From positions 1-45,265 of the IMG/VR virus record IMGVR_UViG_3300046778_000032: a DNA stretch of 45,265 bases; one strand, given 5' to 3'. A program made the position numbers and the translations under genes. Positions within the stretch are counted from its first letter, which is position 1. The number at the start of each line of letters is the position of its first letter. Under the pieces are notes generated by a model. That model had not been told where the DNA came from and searched no databases. It worked only from the letters and a program-made list of their open reading frames with translations. The stretch comes from a virus. Lineage: Duplodnaviria; Caudoviricetes. This document shows, piece after piece, positions 26,357 to 36,264 of the stretch.

Positions 26357-27792
26357 TGCCTGATCCTTCATTATCAACTGAGCTGCATAGAAGCAAAATT
26401 ACTAACCCTAAAAACATTAGGGAAATAGAGACTATTCAAATATCACAAGGACATTTGAATCAGTTTAAGTTAGATCTTGTTTTTGCTGTTGATGTTAGTC
26501 ATTCGATGAACTCGCAAATTGCGATGATCGAAAGCGTTTTGTCAAATGTAGCTGAATCGGTTAGTGATGATTTCATTTCTGTTAATTATGGTCTTATTAT
26601 TTTTGGCAAAAACTCTTCTGTTCTTTTGCCTATACAAAGTAGTTTATCTGTTTTTCAAAATACTGTTGCTAGTTTATTAACTCTAGTTGAACCTGAACTA
26701 ACTCCTTTCGGAGAACTTGTTATAAAATATGATTGGAGTAATGCACCTGATTTAGATACAGGAACTACATTTTTAAGTGAAACTGTTGGATTTGGTCATG
26801 GTAGCAGTTCGTCTTACATGTCTTGGACAGGCGATGATACTTCTGATGGAAATGAAATTGTTACTATAGATTTGAATCAAGCTTACGAAAATGAAGAAAT
26901 TGCCACAATAGCAACTGTAGTTTGTGCGGCAGATTGGTATCCGGGTGCCGGTGGTAGTGGTCCTGCTACTTTAACCATGACATATAGAGGATTGCCTTTC
27001 TACGGAGATGTTATTTTTCCACCACCTGCTAGTGCTGGGATAACACCCGCAAGCACAGTTGCCGCAACTGTGGAAATTCCTGTTGATCCGGGTGAACAAA
27101 ATCCTGAAGGATATGGAGCTATAGTAAAAACAAAATTTCTAACTTGGAGGAATGGAAGCAAAAAAGTCTTAGTGTTACTAACTGATTCAGCTAGTTCTGA
27201 AATAGAAGCAAATAAATCAACGGCACTTGCACAATTAACAAATAACAGCATTGAATTTATTCCGGGTTTTAACATAACAGACGGGGATTATTTAGACTTG
27301 GCTGGAAGTAATGAGTCTGTTAGCGGAAGCGACGAATCGGACTACGTTGAATCTTTAGTAAGTAAGTTAGAAGCTTTTTTTAATTTAACTTTTTTACCGT
27401 CTATCTTTTTAGTAAACGATGGATATGCTTTTGATGCAAAAACAGAAGATGATTTAGATGTTAGTTACTTGCCAAGGGCTTTTGACATTAAAATATCAGG
27501 TGAAGGAACAACTGGAGTTAGAACCATAAATCTTACTATAGATAATACAGACTTACAGGTTTCGAGATACTTAGCGAATGCAATAAAAGATAATCTTCCG
27601 ATAGAAGTAACATATAGATGTTATTTGTCGAATGATCCTGAATATCCACAAAACAACCCACCTTTAAAAGTCTTTTTAACAAATGTAGAAATATCAGGTA
27701 ACACTGTATCAGGTGAATTGAATTGGATTGATTTATCAAATGCTGCTTTTCCTAACTCATATTATACAGAAGATAGATTCCCCGGACTATGA
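26356..27792 (+). CDS. DUF1833 (gpL-position) tail-tip protein with an inserted vWA domain
   Basis: IETIQIS at the N-terminus; DLVFAVDVSHSM (MIDAS); WRNGSKKVLVLLTD; C-terminal LTIDN..VTYRCYLSND..FP...Y...RFPGL. Confidence 0.85.
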   Translation: MPDPSLSTELHRSKITNPKNIREIETIQISQGHLNQFKLDLVFAVDVSHSMNSQIAMIESVLSNVAESVSDDFISVNYGLIIFGKNSSVLLPIQSSLSVFQNTVASLLTLVEPELTPFGELVIKYDWSNAPDLDTGTTFLSETVGFGHGSSSSYMSWTGDDTSDGNEIVTIDLNQAYENEEIATIATVVCAADWYPGAGGSGPATLTMTYRGLPFYGDVIFPPPASAGITPASTVAATVEIPVDPGEQNPEGYGAIVKTKFLTWRNGSKKVLVLLTDSASSEIEANKSTALAQLTNNSIEFIPGFNITDGDYLDLAGSNESVSGSDESDYVESLVSKLEAFFNLTFLPSIFLVNDGYAFDAKTEDDLDVSYLPRAFDIKISGEGTTGVRTINLTIDNTDLQVSRYLANAIKDNLPIEVTYRCYLSNDPEYPQNNPPLKVFLTNVEISGNTVSGELNWIDLSNAAFPNSYYTEDRFPGL

Positions 27793-28184
27793 ACATTCCT
27801 GCTAGTGATTGGTATGTAGAATATATTGGAATTTCTTGGAAAGAAAATTTCAATTGTTGGGATTTAGTTAAAAAAATATACTTGGAAAAATTAGATATAG
27901 ATGCTAAAACAGAATTTGATGAAGTAGAAAATCCATTAGACATAGTAAGTAATAAACAAGCTTTTCTTACTGGATTAGAAAAGTGGATCAATGTTAATGA
28001 ACCTAGAGAATTTGATTTGTGTGCAATGGGTGTTAGTAAAACAATACATCATGTCGGAATTATGTTAGGTCAAAACGCTGTTTTTCATGTTAACAAAAAC
28101 AGACCTGCTTGTAGTGAGCTTTTAAGTAATTTGTCAAATAGATATAAAACCATTAAATTCTATCGCCATGCCAATCGTTTATGA
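27789..28184 (+). CDS. NlpC/P60 tail-tip protein (gpK-like)
   Basis: YIGISW..FNCWDLV and HHVGIML. Confidence 0.85.
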   Translation: MNIPASDWYVEYIGISWKENFNCWDLVKKIYLEKLDIDAKTEFDEVENPLDIVSNKQAFLTGLEKWINVNEPREFDLCAMGVSKTIHHVGIMLGQNAVFHVNKNRPACSELLSNLSNRYKTIKFYRHANRL

Positions 28185-31100
28185 AGTAACAGATCCTTTT
28201 CATCCAAGAAAAGATTTAAAAAAAACTATAGTAGAAATAGGATTCAATATCAATGATTATAATACTGATAGTGCTGTTTCTTATCATATTTATGTTAATA
28301 ACAAAATTGTAGAATCAGAAACAAAGCTTCACGAAAACGATATAGCTTTGTTTATTCCTAAAATACATGGTTCTTTAACTATAGGTTTAATCGTTGCTGT
28401 AATAATTGCAGTTGCTATTTTCTTTTTCATGGATAGTGCCGTTCCAACGGCTAACGGATTACCTGAAGCAGATCCCGTTTATACTTTAAAAGGACAACAA
28501 AATCAGGTTAAACCCGGCGAACCAATTGAAAAGCATTATGGTAATGTTAGACATTGGCCAAGTTATGCGGCAAGACCTTACAATCAATTTGTTAATGATG
28601 AACAATGGCTTTTTGCTTTGCTTTGTGTGGGAATAGGATATTATAATGTGTCAGATGTTAGAATTGACGATACCCCTATTGGTAATTTTGAGAATGCTCA
28701 ATATGCTGTTTATAGTCCGGGTCAACCTGTTACTTTGTTTCCGACAAATGTTCAAACATCTTCAGAAGTTGGAGGAATTGAATTGATAGGAACTAATGAA
28801 CCGGGTTATAATTGGAGCGGTCCTTTTGTTGTAGTAAATACAGGTAAAACCGCTTATAGGTTGGAAGTTGATTTATCTTTCAGAGCAGGTTTGTATAAGA
28901 CCGGAAACAACGGAAAGCTTTCTAATAGAAACGTATCTGCTACTTTTCAATACAGACAAATAGACAATGCAGGTAATCCGTTAGGAGGTTGGGCAACATT
29001 GTTGAATTTTGCAAAAACTCTCAAAACAATAAATCCAAAAAGGTTTACTATAGGTGTAAATGTTTCACCGGGACGCTATGAAATAAGAGGAAAACGAACC
29101 ACTTCAAAATCCAATGATTTCAAAATCAAAGACACTTTGACATGGGAATCGGCTAGGGCTTTTATAAATACTCAACAAAATTTTGGCAATGTTACTTTAA
29201 TTGCTTTGAAGTTGCAAGCTAGTAACAGCTTAAATGACAATTCAAATTCAAAGTTTAATGTTAGAGTTCAATCTTATTCCTATAAACACAATGGAAGTAA
29301 TTGGACAATTGCAGCTAACAGAAATCCTGTTTGGGCTTTTTGTGATATATTAATAGCTGAATACGGCAGAAATCTAGCTGCTCGTTTTATAGATTTACCT
29401 GCTGTATCAGAAATTGCCGCAGATTTAGACGCCGAAGGAATTTATTTCGATGGAACTTTTGATAGTAGAACTACAGTATGGCAAGCTTTAACAGATTGCT
29501 TAATGCTTGCTCGTTGCCGTCCTAACTTACCCGGAACACTGATTTCAATTGTTCGTGATGTAGCTTTATCAATTCCTACAATTTGTTTCAATCCTAGTAA
29601 TATCATACCAGATTCATTTAAGGTGACACACGGTTTTGTTAGAAGCAATGACAAAGATGGATTAGAAGTTGAATACATTAACCCCGACAGTTGGAAAAAG
29701 GAAACTGTTATTTGTTTATATGGTAACGACAAAGGAATTAACCTTGAAAAAGTAAAATTGTTAGGATGCACTAGCAGAAATAAGGCTTATCAATGGGGAA
29801 TGTACCAAAGATCTAGCACACTATTGAAAAAAACAAATGTATCTTTTACTACTGGATTAGAAGGTTCAACTGTTACATTCGGAGACTTAGCTGCCGTTCA
29901 GCATGATTTATTACCTAATAACTATGCCGCTGTTCCAGAGCATACTGGAAAAATAAATTCTATTTTTTGGGATGGTCCAGACACTATTATAACATTACCT
30001 TTTGCGCCTGTTTTTGAGGATGGTGAAACGCATAGAATAGGTATTAGTGACACACAAGGTGTTATGCGCGGTCCTTATATTTGCACACAAGGCGCTGGTA
30101 ATACTGTGGTAATTGAAGGTAATCTTGATCTTGATTATTTCACAGTAACAGAAAACGAGGAACCTCCTAGCTACTTTTTTGGAGTAACAGGTAAAGAGGT
30201 TTCCATGTTCAATATAATAGGAATTAGTCCGGGATCTAATTACGGAGAAGTCAATGTGGTTTTATCTCCTTACGATTCGCGTGTTTTTGAATATGTTGGT
30301 GATACTGCTCCGTCGTTACCTAACGATTTTGTTATTCCAGAAACACCTTCACATCCTACTATTACTAACTTGCAAGTAACAGGATTAGCATATACTATAC
30401 TACAAGCACAAGTTAGCTGGCAATTAGCTGTCGGAGCTATTGATTATTTAATTGAATTGAGCTACGATGGAATTGACTACGATAGAATCAATCAAACACC
30501 ATTAACAAATGTTATTATTGACATAGACCCAGGCACTATATGGGTTAGAGTAGCTGCAAACGGTCTATCAACTGGTCCTTGGGTTGTATGGACAGGAACA
30601 GTTGGAACAGCGGAAACAGTGCCTTTCCCGCCTGATAAGCCTGAATTGCAGGAACCTTTTACCGGAGCTAACCTATACTTGCAAACGAATGAAGAATCTC
30701 TAGCAACTGGTTATCGTTGGAAGATTTCAATCCTAGATGATGCTTTGGTTGATCCTGTAGAGATTTCTGTTATTGAAACTACTACGCCATTTCTAACTTA
30801 TAGTTCAGGCACGGCTAAATCCGCCGCACTAGCAGAGTCAATTATACTAAAAAGAAATCTGTCAGTAAAAGTAGAAGCTTTCAATACAGTAGGTGATTCT
30901 GAAGCTTCTGAAATTTTAGAAGCGACTAACGATGAACCTGTTATTATAACAGGATTAAATGTTACCGAGCTTCAGGATTTTACTACTACAAAACGAATCT
31001 TGTTTTCATGGGATACTTCACCTGAAACAGATATCGAATCATACAAAGTATATCTTGATACCACTACAGGATTTACACCCGGACCTAGCAACCTTTTGAT

Positions 31101-31227
31101 TTCCACAAATGCCAATTCGGCAGAATCCATATTAACTGTGGGGACTACTTACTATTGGATTATAGGAGTAAAAGATAGATGGGGTGATGAAATTATACTA
31201 ACTGCGGAACAGACATTTACACCCTAA
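28168..31227 (+). CDS. Central tail fibre / tip attachment protein J-like
   Basis: GEPIEKHYG, LCVGIG, NPVWAFCDIL, FDGTFD, VEYINPDSW; FN3-like C-terminal repeats. Confidence 0.9.
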   Translation: MPIVYEVTDPFHPRKDLKKTIVEIGFNINDYNTDSAVSYHIYVNNKIVESETKLHENDIALFIPKIHGSLTIGLIVAVIIAVAIFFFMDSAVPTANGLPEADPVYTLKGQQNQVKPGEPIEKHYGNVRHWPSYAARPYNQFVNDEQWLFALLCVGIGYYNVSDVRIDDTPIGNFENAQYAVYSPGQPVTLFPTNVQTSSEVGGIELIGTNEPGYNWSGPFVVVNTGKTAYRLEVDLSFRAGLYKTGNNGKLSNRNVSATFQYRQIDNAGNPLGGWATLLNFAKTLKTINPKRFTIGVNVSPGRYEIRGKRTTSKSNDFKIKDTLTWESARAFINTQQNFGNVTLIALKLQASNSLNDNSNSKFNVRVQSYSYKHNGSNWTIAANRNPVWAFCDILIAEYGRNLAARFIDLPAVSEIAADLDAEGIYFDGTFDSRTTVWQALTDCLMLARCRPNLPGTLISIVRDVALSIPTICFNPSNIIPDSFKVTHGFVRSNDKDGLEVEYINPDSWKKETVICLYGNDKGINLEKVKLLGCTSRNKAYQWGMYQRSSTLLKKTNVSFTTGLEGSTVTFGDLAAVQHDLLPNNYAAVPEHTGKINSIFWDGPDTIITLPFAPVFEDGETHRIGISDTQGVMRGPYICTQGAGNTVVIEGNLDLDYFTVTENEEPPSYFFGVTGKEVSMFNIIGISPGSNYGEVNVVLSPYDSRVFEYVGDTAPSLPNDFVIPETPSHPTITNLQVTGLAYTILQAQVSWQLAVGAIDYLIELSYDGIDYDRINQTPLTNVIIDIDPGTIWVRVAANGLSTGPWVVWTGTVGTAETVPFPPDKPELQEPFTGANLYLQTNEESLATGYRWKISILDDALVDPVEISVIETTTPFLTYSSGTAKSAALAESIILKRNLSVKVEAFNTVGDSEASEILEATNDEPVIITGLNVTELQDFTTTKRILFSWDTSPETDIESYKVYLDTTTGFTPGPSNLLISTNANSAESILTVGTTYYWIIGVKDRWGDEIILTAEQTFTP

Positions 31228-33166
31228 GACCCATTTCAGTTAGCATCTTGCAAGTAAGTCTAACGTAATGTTCTAGGTCAACGTCTTTAGGAAATTCTTC
31301 TGTCAATTCCATTAGAGGTTTTGCACCTTCACTATCAGGAACTTTGTTACCTGATTTAGCATATACTATAGGTGAATTTGTTTCTGTGGAATAGTAAAAT
31401 CTAACTACTTTTCCAAGATATTCTTCATCTTTACATCCTCCTCCTTTAACTACCCTAACAGTAAGAAATTCTCGTATGTCTTTACATTCAGAAATAGTCT
31501 CGTTTACGAGTTTACCTTTAGCTAAAAGATTTTCGATTGCTGTTATACAAATAAATTTATCAGGGTTTTTAAACAGCTTTGTGATACCTCTACCTAACTT
31601 TCCTTTCCCTTTGCATTCCAAGTTAGTTTTCAAAGCCATGTAATCATTCACTGATCGACTAGCCAAGCAAAAATAACTCGTTTCTTCAGTCTCAAAATTG
31701 GTTTCTGATTCCCATTCACGAATCACTTGATTGAGTTCGTCTTTTCTATTGTTAGGACATTTAATAACAACTCCATCAGTGTTTGCCGATACAACCCGAA
31801 TGCCTATTAATTCAATTTTTTCAATAAGATATAACAAGCTTAATTGTCCTGTTATAGTAACTTGAATCATTAGCTTAGGTGAATACAAAATAGAATAGTA
31901 GTTTCCTAATTTCCCGAAAGTTCCATTGATTGTTATTTTAAGACTGTCAGCCGTTCGCTTGTCTTTTTCTTTCTTGGCTTTCAATCTTCTATTAACAATT
32001 TTTCGATATACATCCAAGAAAGGTTTTCCAAGGTGTTCAGGGTAAAGCTCATTATTAAGTATAATGAAAGGGTAGTAGCTTGCAACGTCCCTATCAATCA
32101 AGCTATGATTTGTATCTACAAACCAAGCTTGGTTTGATTCCGTGCTATGTAATCCACCTATACCAATTTGATAGGTTGTTTCTCCTATAGTAAATTTCAG
32201 TTTTCCAATTTCTTCAGGTAGAACAACAGATCCTATACCGCTTAAATTAAATTGTGATTGTGTAATAACAGATTTAACATTTTGCAAGATAGGTGTCTTG
32301 AAATTCAGATAGTAGGGTGCATCATAGCTACAAGCGTAAAAACTCGGATATTCTTCTTTCTGAGGTTTCTTACCACTAAGCTTGTATAGTTCCTTGCCAA
32401 TAACAGTTTCAGCAATTTGAGCATCTGATTTTGATCTAAGATCAATACCATATTGCTCGCCTAATGTTTCGCGCAATTCTATATCCTGCTTTAAAAAGTT
32501 AAATATATCTTCCGTGCATTGCAAGTCATTAAAACAATACCATCGAACAATCTCAATTTGTTTTTCTGTTAAATTGGAATCAACTGGAAAAGGCAAATCT
32601 GCTAGTTGTTTAGTGTGTAAACGAGCACCGTAAATCTTCAAGCTACCCGACAAAGGACAAATCTCAATTAAATCAATATGGTTAGGTTTTAGCATTTTGC
32701 ACTTATATTCTTTCAAGACATTATAAGCTCTTTCCTGATATACAATTATTTTTCGGACAGCATCGTTTATCTTTTCAAGACTTGCACCTGATACTGCTAA
32801 TGAAGCAATGGGAACGTCAAATGAGTAACTATTAAAACCAACAATTAAATAATTCTGCATTATCCATCTGACAGATTCACAGTCTAATTCTTTAGTCTTT
32901 GTCTTTTCAAAAAATACAGACTTGCCCGAATCAACAGATTTAAAACATATAAGAAAATAATTAGGGTAACACTCAATATCAAACACAAGAGTTTCATGAG
33001 TTGATTGCCACAATTCACCATCTTGGAATTTAGGCGGATTAAACGAATGCGCTTTTTCATAGTTAGGTAAATATGATTTTTCAAGCCAAGTCTGTTTAGG
33101 TATAACTTTTTTATGGTTAGACTTAACTTGATATTCGTCAAACAAACCTTGCTGGAATCGTTTCAT
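31217..33166 (-). CDS. Family B DNA polymerase
   Basis: ExoI FDIECY, VGFNSYSFD, YCFND; polymerase motifs DRDVASYYP, KITINGTFGK, SANTDG. Confidence 0.93.
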   Translation of the reverse strand: MKRFQQGLFDEYQVKSNHKKVIPKQTWLEKSYLPNYEKAHSFNPPKFQDGELWQSTHETLVFDIECYPNYFLICFKSVDSGKSVFFEKTKTKELDCESVRWIMQNYLIVGFNSYSFDVPIASLAVSGASLEKINDAVRKIIVYQERAYNVLKEYKCKMLKPNHIDLIEICPLSGSLKIYGARLHTKQLADLPFPVDSNLTEKQIEIVRWYCFNDLQCTEDIFNFLKQDIELRETLGEQYGIDLRSKSDAQIAETVIGKELYKLSGKKPQKEEYPSFYACSYDAPYYLNFKTPILQNVKSVITQSQFNLSGIGSVVLPEEIGKLKFTIGETTYQIGIGGLHSTESNQAWFVDTNHSLIDRDVASYYPFIILNNELYPEHLGKPFLDVYRKIVNRRLKAKKEKDKRTADSLKITINGTFGKLGNYYSILYSPKLMIQVTITGQLSLLYLIEKIELIGIRVVSANTDGVVIKCPNNRKDELNQVIREWESETNFETEETSYFCLASRSVNDYMALKTNLECKGKGKLGRGITKLFKNPDKFICITAIENLLAKGKLVNETISECKDIREFLTVRVVKGGGCKDEEYLGKVVRFYYSTETNSPIVYAKSGNKVPDSEGAKPLMELTEEFPKDVDLEHYVRLTCKMLTEMGLRV

Positions 33167-34134
33167 TTCCTATATCCTACAATTGCACCTCTTAGTTTAT
33201 CACCATAAAACAAACAAGCTTTGCCATATTCAAAACAGATAGAGCTTGCGATGTTTTTGAGCTTCAAAAGCTGATTGACGTTGAACAATACATTTTCTGC
33301 TAGTTCTAAACCGGGGATTTCAATGCTTGCTTCCGGGTCCGCTTCTGAACCGTCGCCAGTTTGCCCTATTCCGCTCATGAGCGTGAGCTTACCCGCCTCG
33401 TCTGTAAAGCGTCCTAGCTTCTCCAGAGCGTGAAAAAAACCATCTGGAAAGGGACGAGGGATAACTTCCCTATTCAAAACAGCGGCAAAGTTAGGCAAGT
33501 CTGTTACGATCAATTTAGACGCAATCCACCTTTCATCTTCATAAAAGAAAAAAATCATGTCGTTACTAACTAAAACATATTTGATCGGTTCACCGTATTT
33601 GCAAATTTGTTCAATACATTTTTTAGGTATAGTAATTGAAGGTAAATCTGTTCCTATCCAATACTCAACTAATACAATGTTATTTGTGGCAATTGCAGAT
33701 TGACCTACAAACGACAATCCTATTGAATAAATTTTTACGTCATAACATTCATTTTCGATTATAGGCAAAAGCTTTTTTACATTATCCACAAAATCACTAG
33801 GAACTTCGTAGCGTTTACCTGTTGGAATAATTGTGGAAACCTCATTTGTAGGAATGCACTTTACAAGGCTTTTAAAGCCACCTGATTTGACTCGTATCTT
33901 GTCTTTTTCGACTGTTATTGAAATGACATCTTCGCAAGCTTCAATGCACTTATGAAAATGTATGGCAGATGGAGCTATATCTAAATCTAATTCAATAGGA
34001 CTAGATATAGCAATCGTTCCGTTAAATGCCGTAACACGTTTATTTTTTATTGTATAATGACAAAGCTTAGGAACTAGATCTGTTCTAGCATATCCGTTCT
34101 TAACAAATTTTAGTGCGTCTAGTATTGTGCTCAT
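33163..34134 (-). CDS. DNA polymerase III beta-like sliding clamp
   Basis: 323 aa, coupled to polB; VTAFNG, IATNNIVL, SKLI..DLP, FYGDKLRGAIVG. Confidence 0.75.
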   Translation of the reverse strand: MSTILDALKFVKNGYARTDLVPKLCHYTIKNKRVTAFNGTIAISSPIELDLDIAPSAIHFHKCIEACEDVISITVEKDKIRVKSGGFKSLVKCIPTNEVSTIIPTGKRYEVPSDFVDNVKKLLPIIENECYDVKIYSIGLSFVGQSAIATNNIVLVEYWIGTDLPSITIPKKCIEQICKYGEPIKYVLVSNDMIFFFYEDERWIASKLIVTDLPNFAAVLNREVIPRPFPDGFFHALEKLGRFTDEAGKLTLMSGIGQTGDGSEADPEASIEIPGLELAENVLFNVNQLLKLKNIASSICFEYGKACLFYGDKLRGAIVGYRK

Positions 34135-34394
34135 GATTTAATTGATTTTAGTAGTATTTTACCTTTAGTTTCCAGACAATGTTTCTTTGCAATATACGAT
34201 CCAGCTTGAAATATTAAACCCTTATTTATTAACAGTTGACAGCATTGTGACAAAACAGCCCTACTTATGCCTAAAGGTTCTAGCATATCTTTTTGTTGGC
34301 ATTCATCGTTAGCTTCTATGTATAGCAAAACCCTAGCAGGATTTAAGGCTAGTTTATGCTCCATCAATTTGTTGAGAAATTGCAAGTGATCCAT
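34131..34394 (-). CDS. MarR-like winged-helix protein
   Basis: ARVLLYI..QKDM..LGISRAVLSQ...L.NKGLI...LETKGK; ATG at 34394 preferred. Confidence 0.75.
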   Translation of the reverse strand: MDHLQFLNKLMEHKLALNPARVLLYIEANDECQQKDMLEPLGISRAVLSQCCQLLINKGLIFQAGSYIAKKHCLETKGKILLKSIKS

Positions 34395-34403
34395 GACGCG
34401 GTT

Positions 34404-34432
34404 AGAGTAGAGTTTCACCCCGTGAGTGTCTA
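34404..34432 (-). promoter_or_regulatory. Sigma70-like promoter for wHTH-clamp-polB
   Basis: TAGACA-N17-TACTCT, 9 nt before ATG 34394. Confidence 0.55.
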
Positions 34433-34611
34433 GTCTTTTGTGTCACTATTTTATTCCGATAAGCAGAAGCGTTTGATCCTGTCAAATTTATTTTCAATTA
34501 TTTTGTGGGGTCTGCTTGGCTCTAGGATGCCCGTAGAGAGGCTTTAAAAGATTTTATGGTACATCTTAACCAAAAACATTTTGAGAAGCTTCTAGGCTAT
34601 TCCTAGGCGCT

Positions 34612-34647
34612 AAAAACCCCGTCTAGTCGAAAGGCTAGACGGGGTTT
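34612..34647 (-). terminator. Rho-independent terminator
   Basis: AAACCCCGTCTAGCC-TTTC-GACTAGACGGGGTTTTT on the - strand after the 241-aa gene. Confidence 0.9.
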
Positions 34648-34665
34648 GATTCCTACAGGGGATTT

Positions 34666-35391
34666 TTAGGCTTTCGTGCCATCTACGACAAGGGGGGTTT
34701 CCTCAGTTCCAGCGTATTCGCTGGAAGATGCCTCAATCGCAGCAAGAGCAAGCCTAGCTTCTTCGGAGAGCGCAAGAGCAAGGCGCTTGGCTCCATCTGA
34801 TCCGGTAACGTCTGGACGACGACCGATTGCCTTAGCTATCTTGTCCGCAGCTTTTTCGCCATTGCCGTTTGCAATGATTTTCTCAGCAAGGGTAAGCCAC
34901 TTTTTACCAACTGGCTTGCTTGTGACACTTCCACGAACGCGCTTTTGTTCTGCGGTAAACGGATTAGCATTAGCAATAGCTTGAACGATTTCCCGAATCT
35001 CACTTTCGGAAATTTCCTTTTCCTTAACTACACGTTCAATAAAATCAACGTCGCTTTGAGACTTAGCCTTATCCGTTGCTTTGAACTTTTTCTTGCCATC
35101 TAACGAAACATATCCAGATACTTTACCGTCTGCATCTGTAGTTGCATTGACTTCGACTTTACCAATTACAAGCTTTGGTTTAATCCCATAAGTTTTTTCA
35201 AGTGCTTCCGCAATCTTGCTACGAACATTAAGCAAGTTTGTTTGCAGGAAATATTGATTGGCAGCGTTCAAAGCTACCGATTCAGCTTTTTCCGCATCCG
35301 TGCTAATCAATGCCTTTAGCTCGTCAAAAGAGCTAGGGACAAGATAAGAGATTGCTGCAATTCCAGCGATAGTTACATTTACTGATTTCAT
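34666..35391 (-). CDS. Hypothetical Ala/Lys-rich protein (241 aa)
   Basis: Long ORF with an A/C-rich leader and its own strong terminator; no family recognised. Confidence 0.85.
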   Translation of the reverse strand: MKSVNVTIAGIAAISYLVPSSFDELKALISTDAEKAESVALNAANQYFLQTNLLNVRSKIAEALEKTYGIKPKLVIGKVEVNATTDADGKVSGYVSLDGKKKFKATDKAKSQSDVDFIERVVKEKEISESEIREIVQAIANANPFTAEQKRVRGSVTSKPVGKKWLTLAEKIIANGNGEKAADKIAKAIGRRPDVTGSDGAKRLALALSEEARLALAAIEASSSEYAGTEETPLVVDGTKA

Positions 35392-35453
35392 AATATTATT
35401 TTTTGGTTGTTGTTAGTCGAGTCGGTTGCTTTCAGGTGCAATCCTTAACTGTC

Positions 35454-35486
35454 GTTTCAATCCGCGCCTCTCGTATGACAGGCGAC
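35454..35486 (-). CRISPR. Solitary type I-C-like CRISPR repeat (no array)
   Basis: GTCGCCTGTCATACGAGAGGCGCGGATTGAAAC: GTCGC start, CGCCT/AGGCG stem, GGATTGAAAC end. Confidence 0.65.
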
Positions 35487-35517
35487 AGAAAGAAAGTATT
35501 TGTGAGAGATTAGCTAG

Positions 35518-36264
35518 TCAATTAATTTTTCGTGTATTCGATCTTTTTCCTATGGAGTAGTTAGACCCGTCACGCTTACCTAGTTGTCTGGCATCTGTCC
35601 CGCCGCTTGCACCTCTTGTGCCTTGTCCCGTGTGAAGCTTGATTTTGTGGACACTAGCTAGCCAATTCGTCGCACTAGCTTTAATCATAATAGAGGTATT
35701 GTCTGACTTAATTATAAGTGTATTTGTCATGCTATCCCCTCTAAGTTTTAGTTTCTCTGTATGGTAAGATTGTTCTAACCCTGAAACAAATCCTTCGCTA
35801 TAGGCTCCTCCTTTTTTGCTGTAAAAGTTATTAAAGCGAACGATAGCCATATAAGAGATTGCCTCTTGAAGTTCTTTAAACAATTCACAAGCAATTTCTA
35901 CTTCATCTTCTGAGCCGTAAAAGAAATAAACTGAGATTCTCTTTTCTTTGTTTAAACCATAGGTTCCATGCGTCTGATAGTAATTTATGTTTCCCACAAA
36001 TTCCACACAAAACCTAGCAAGCATTCCTTCCCATGTGCTAGAATTTGCATTGAGACAAGAAACATGAGATCGTGACATTTTAACATTCTTGGCAGGCTCG
36101 CTAGAAGTAAAATCAATATCCTCTCTAGTGAGATTGTGTCTTGCCATAATTTGCGCTGCCATAGATAAAGCATTATCAATTTCTCCTTGGCTAGCTGCAT
36201 TGTTTTCCGATAGGTTAATAAGCTTTACAAGCTTGTCCTTTACTGATTGTAGATCTGATTTCAT
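35518..36264 (-). CDS. DUF2786-family protein
   Basis: KLVKLINLSE...GEIDNALSMAAQIMARHNL; FFYG..EV; YSEGFV. Confidence 0.85.
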   Translation of the reverse strand: MKSDLQSVKDKLVKLINLSENNAASQGEIDNALSMAAQIMARHNLTREDIDFTSSEPAKNVKMSRSHVSCLNANSSTWEGMLARFCVEFVGNINYYQTHGTYGLNKEKRISVYFFYGSEDEVEIACELFKELQEAISYMAIVRFNNFYSKKGGAYSEGFVSGLEQSYHTEKLKLRGDSMTNTLIIKSDNTSIMIKASATNWLASVHKIKLHTGQGTRGASGGTDARQLGKRDGSNYSIGKRSNTRKIN

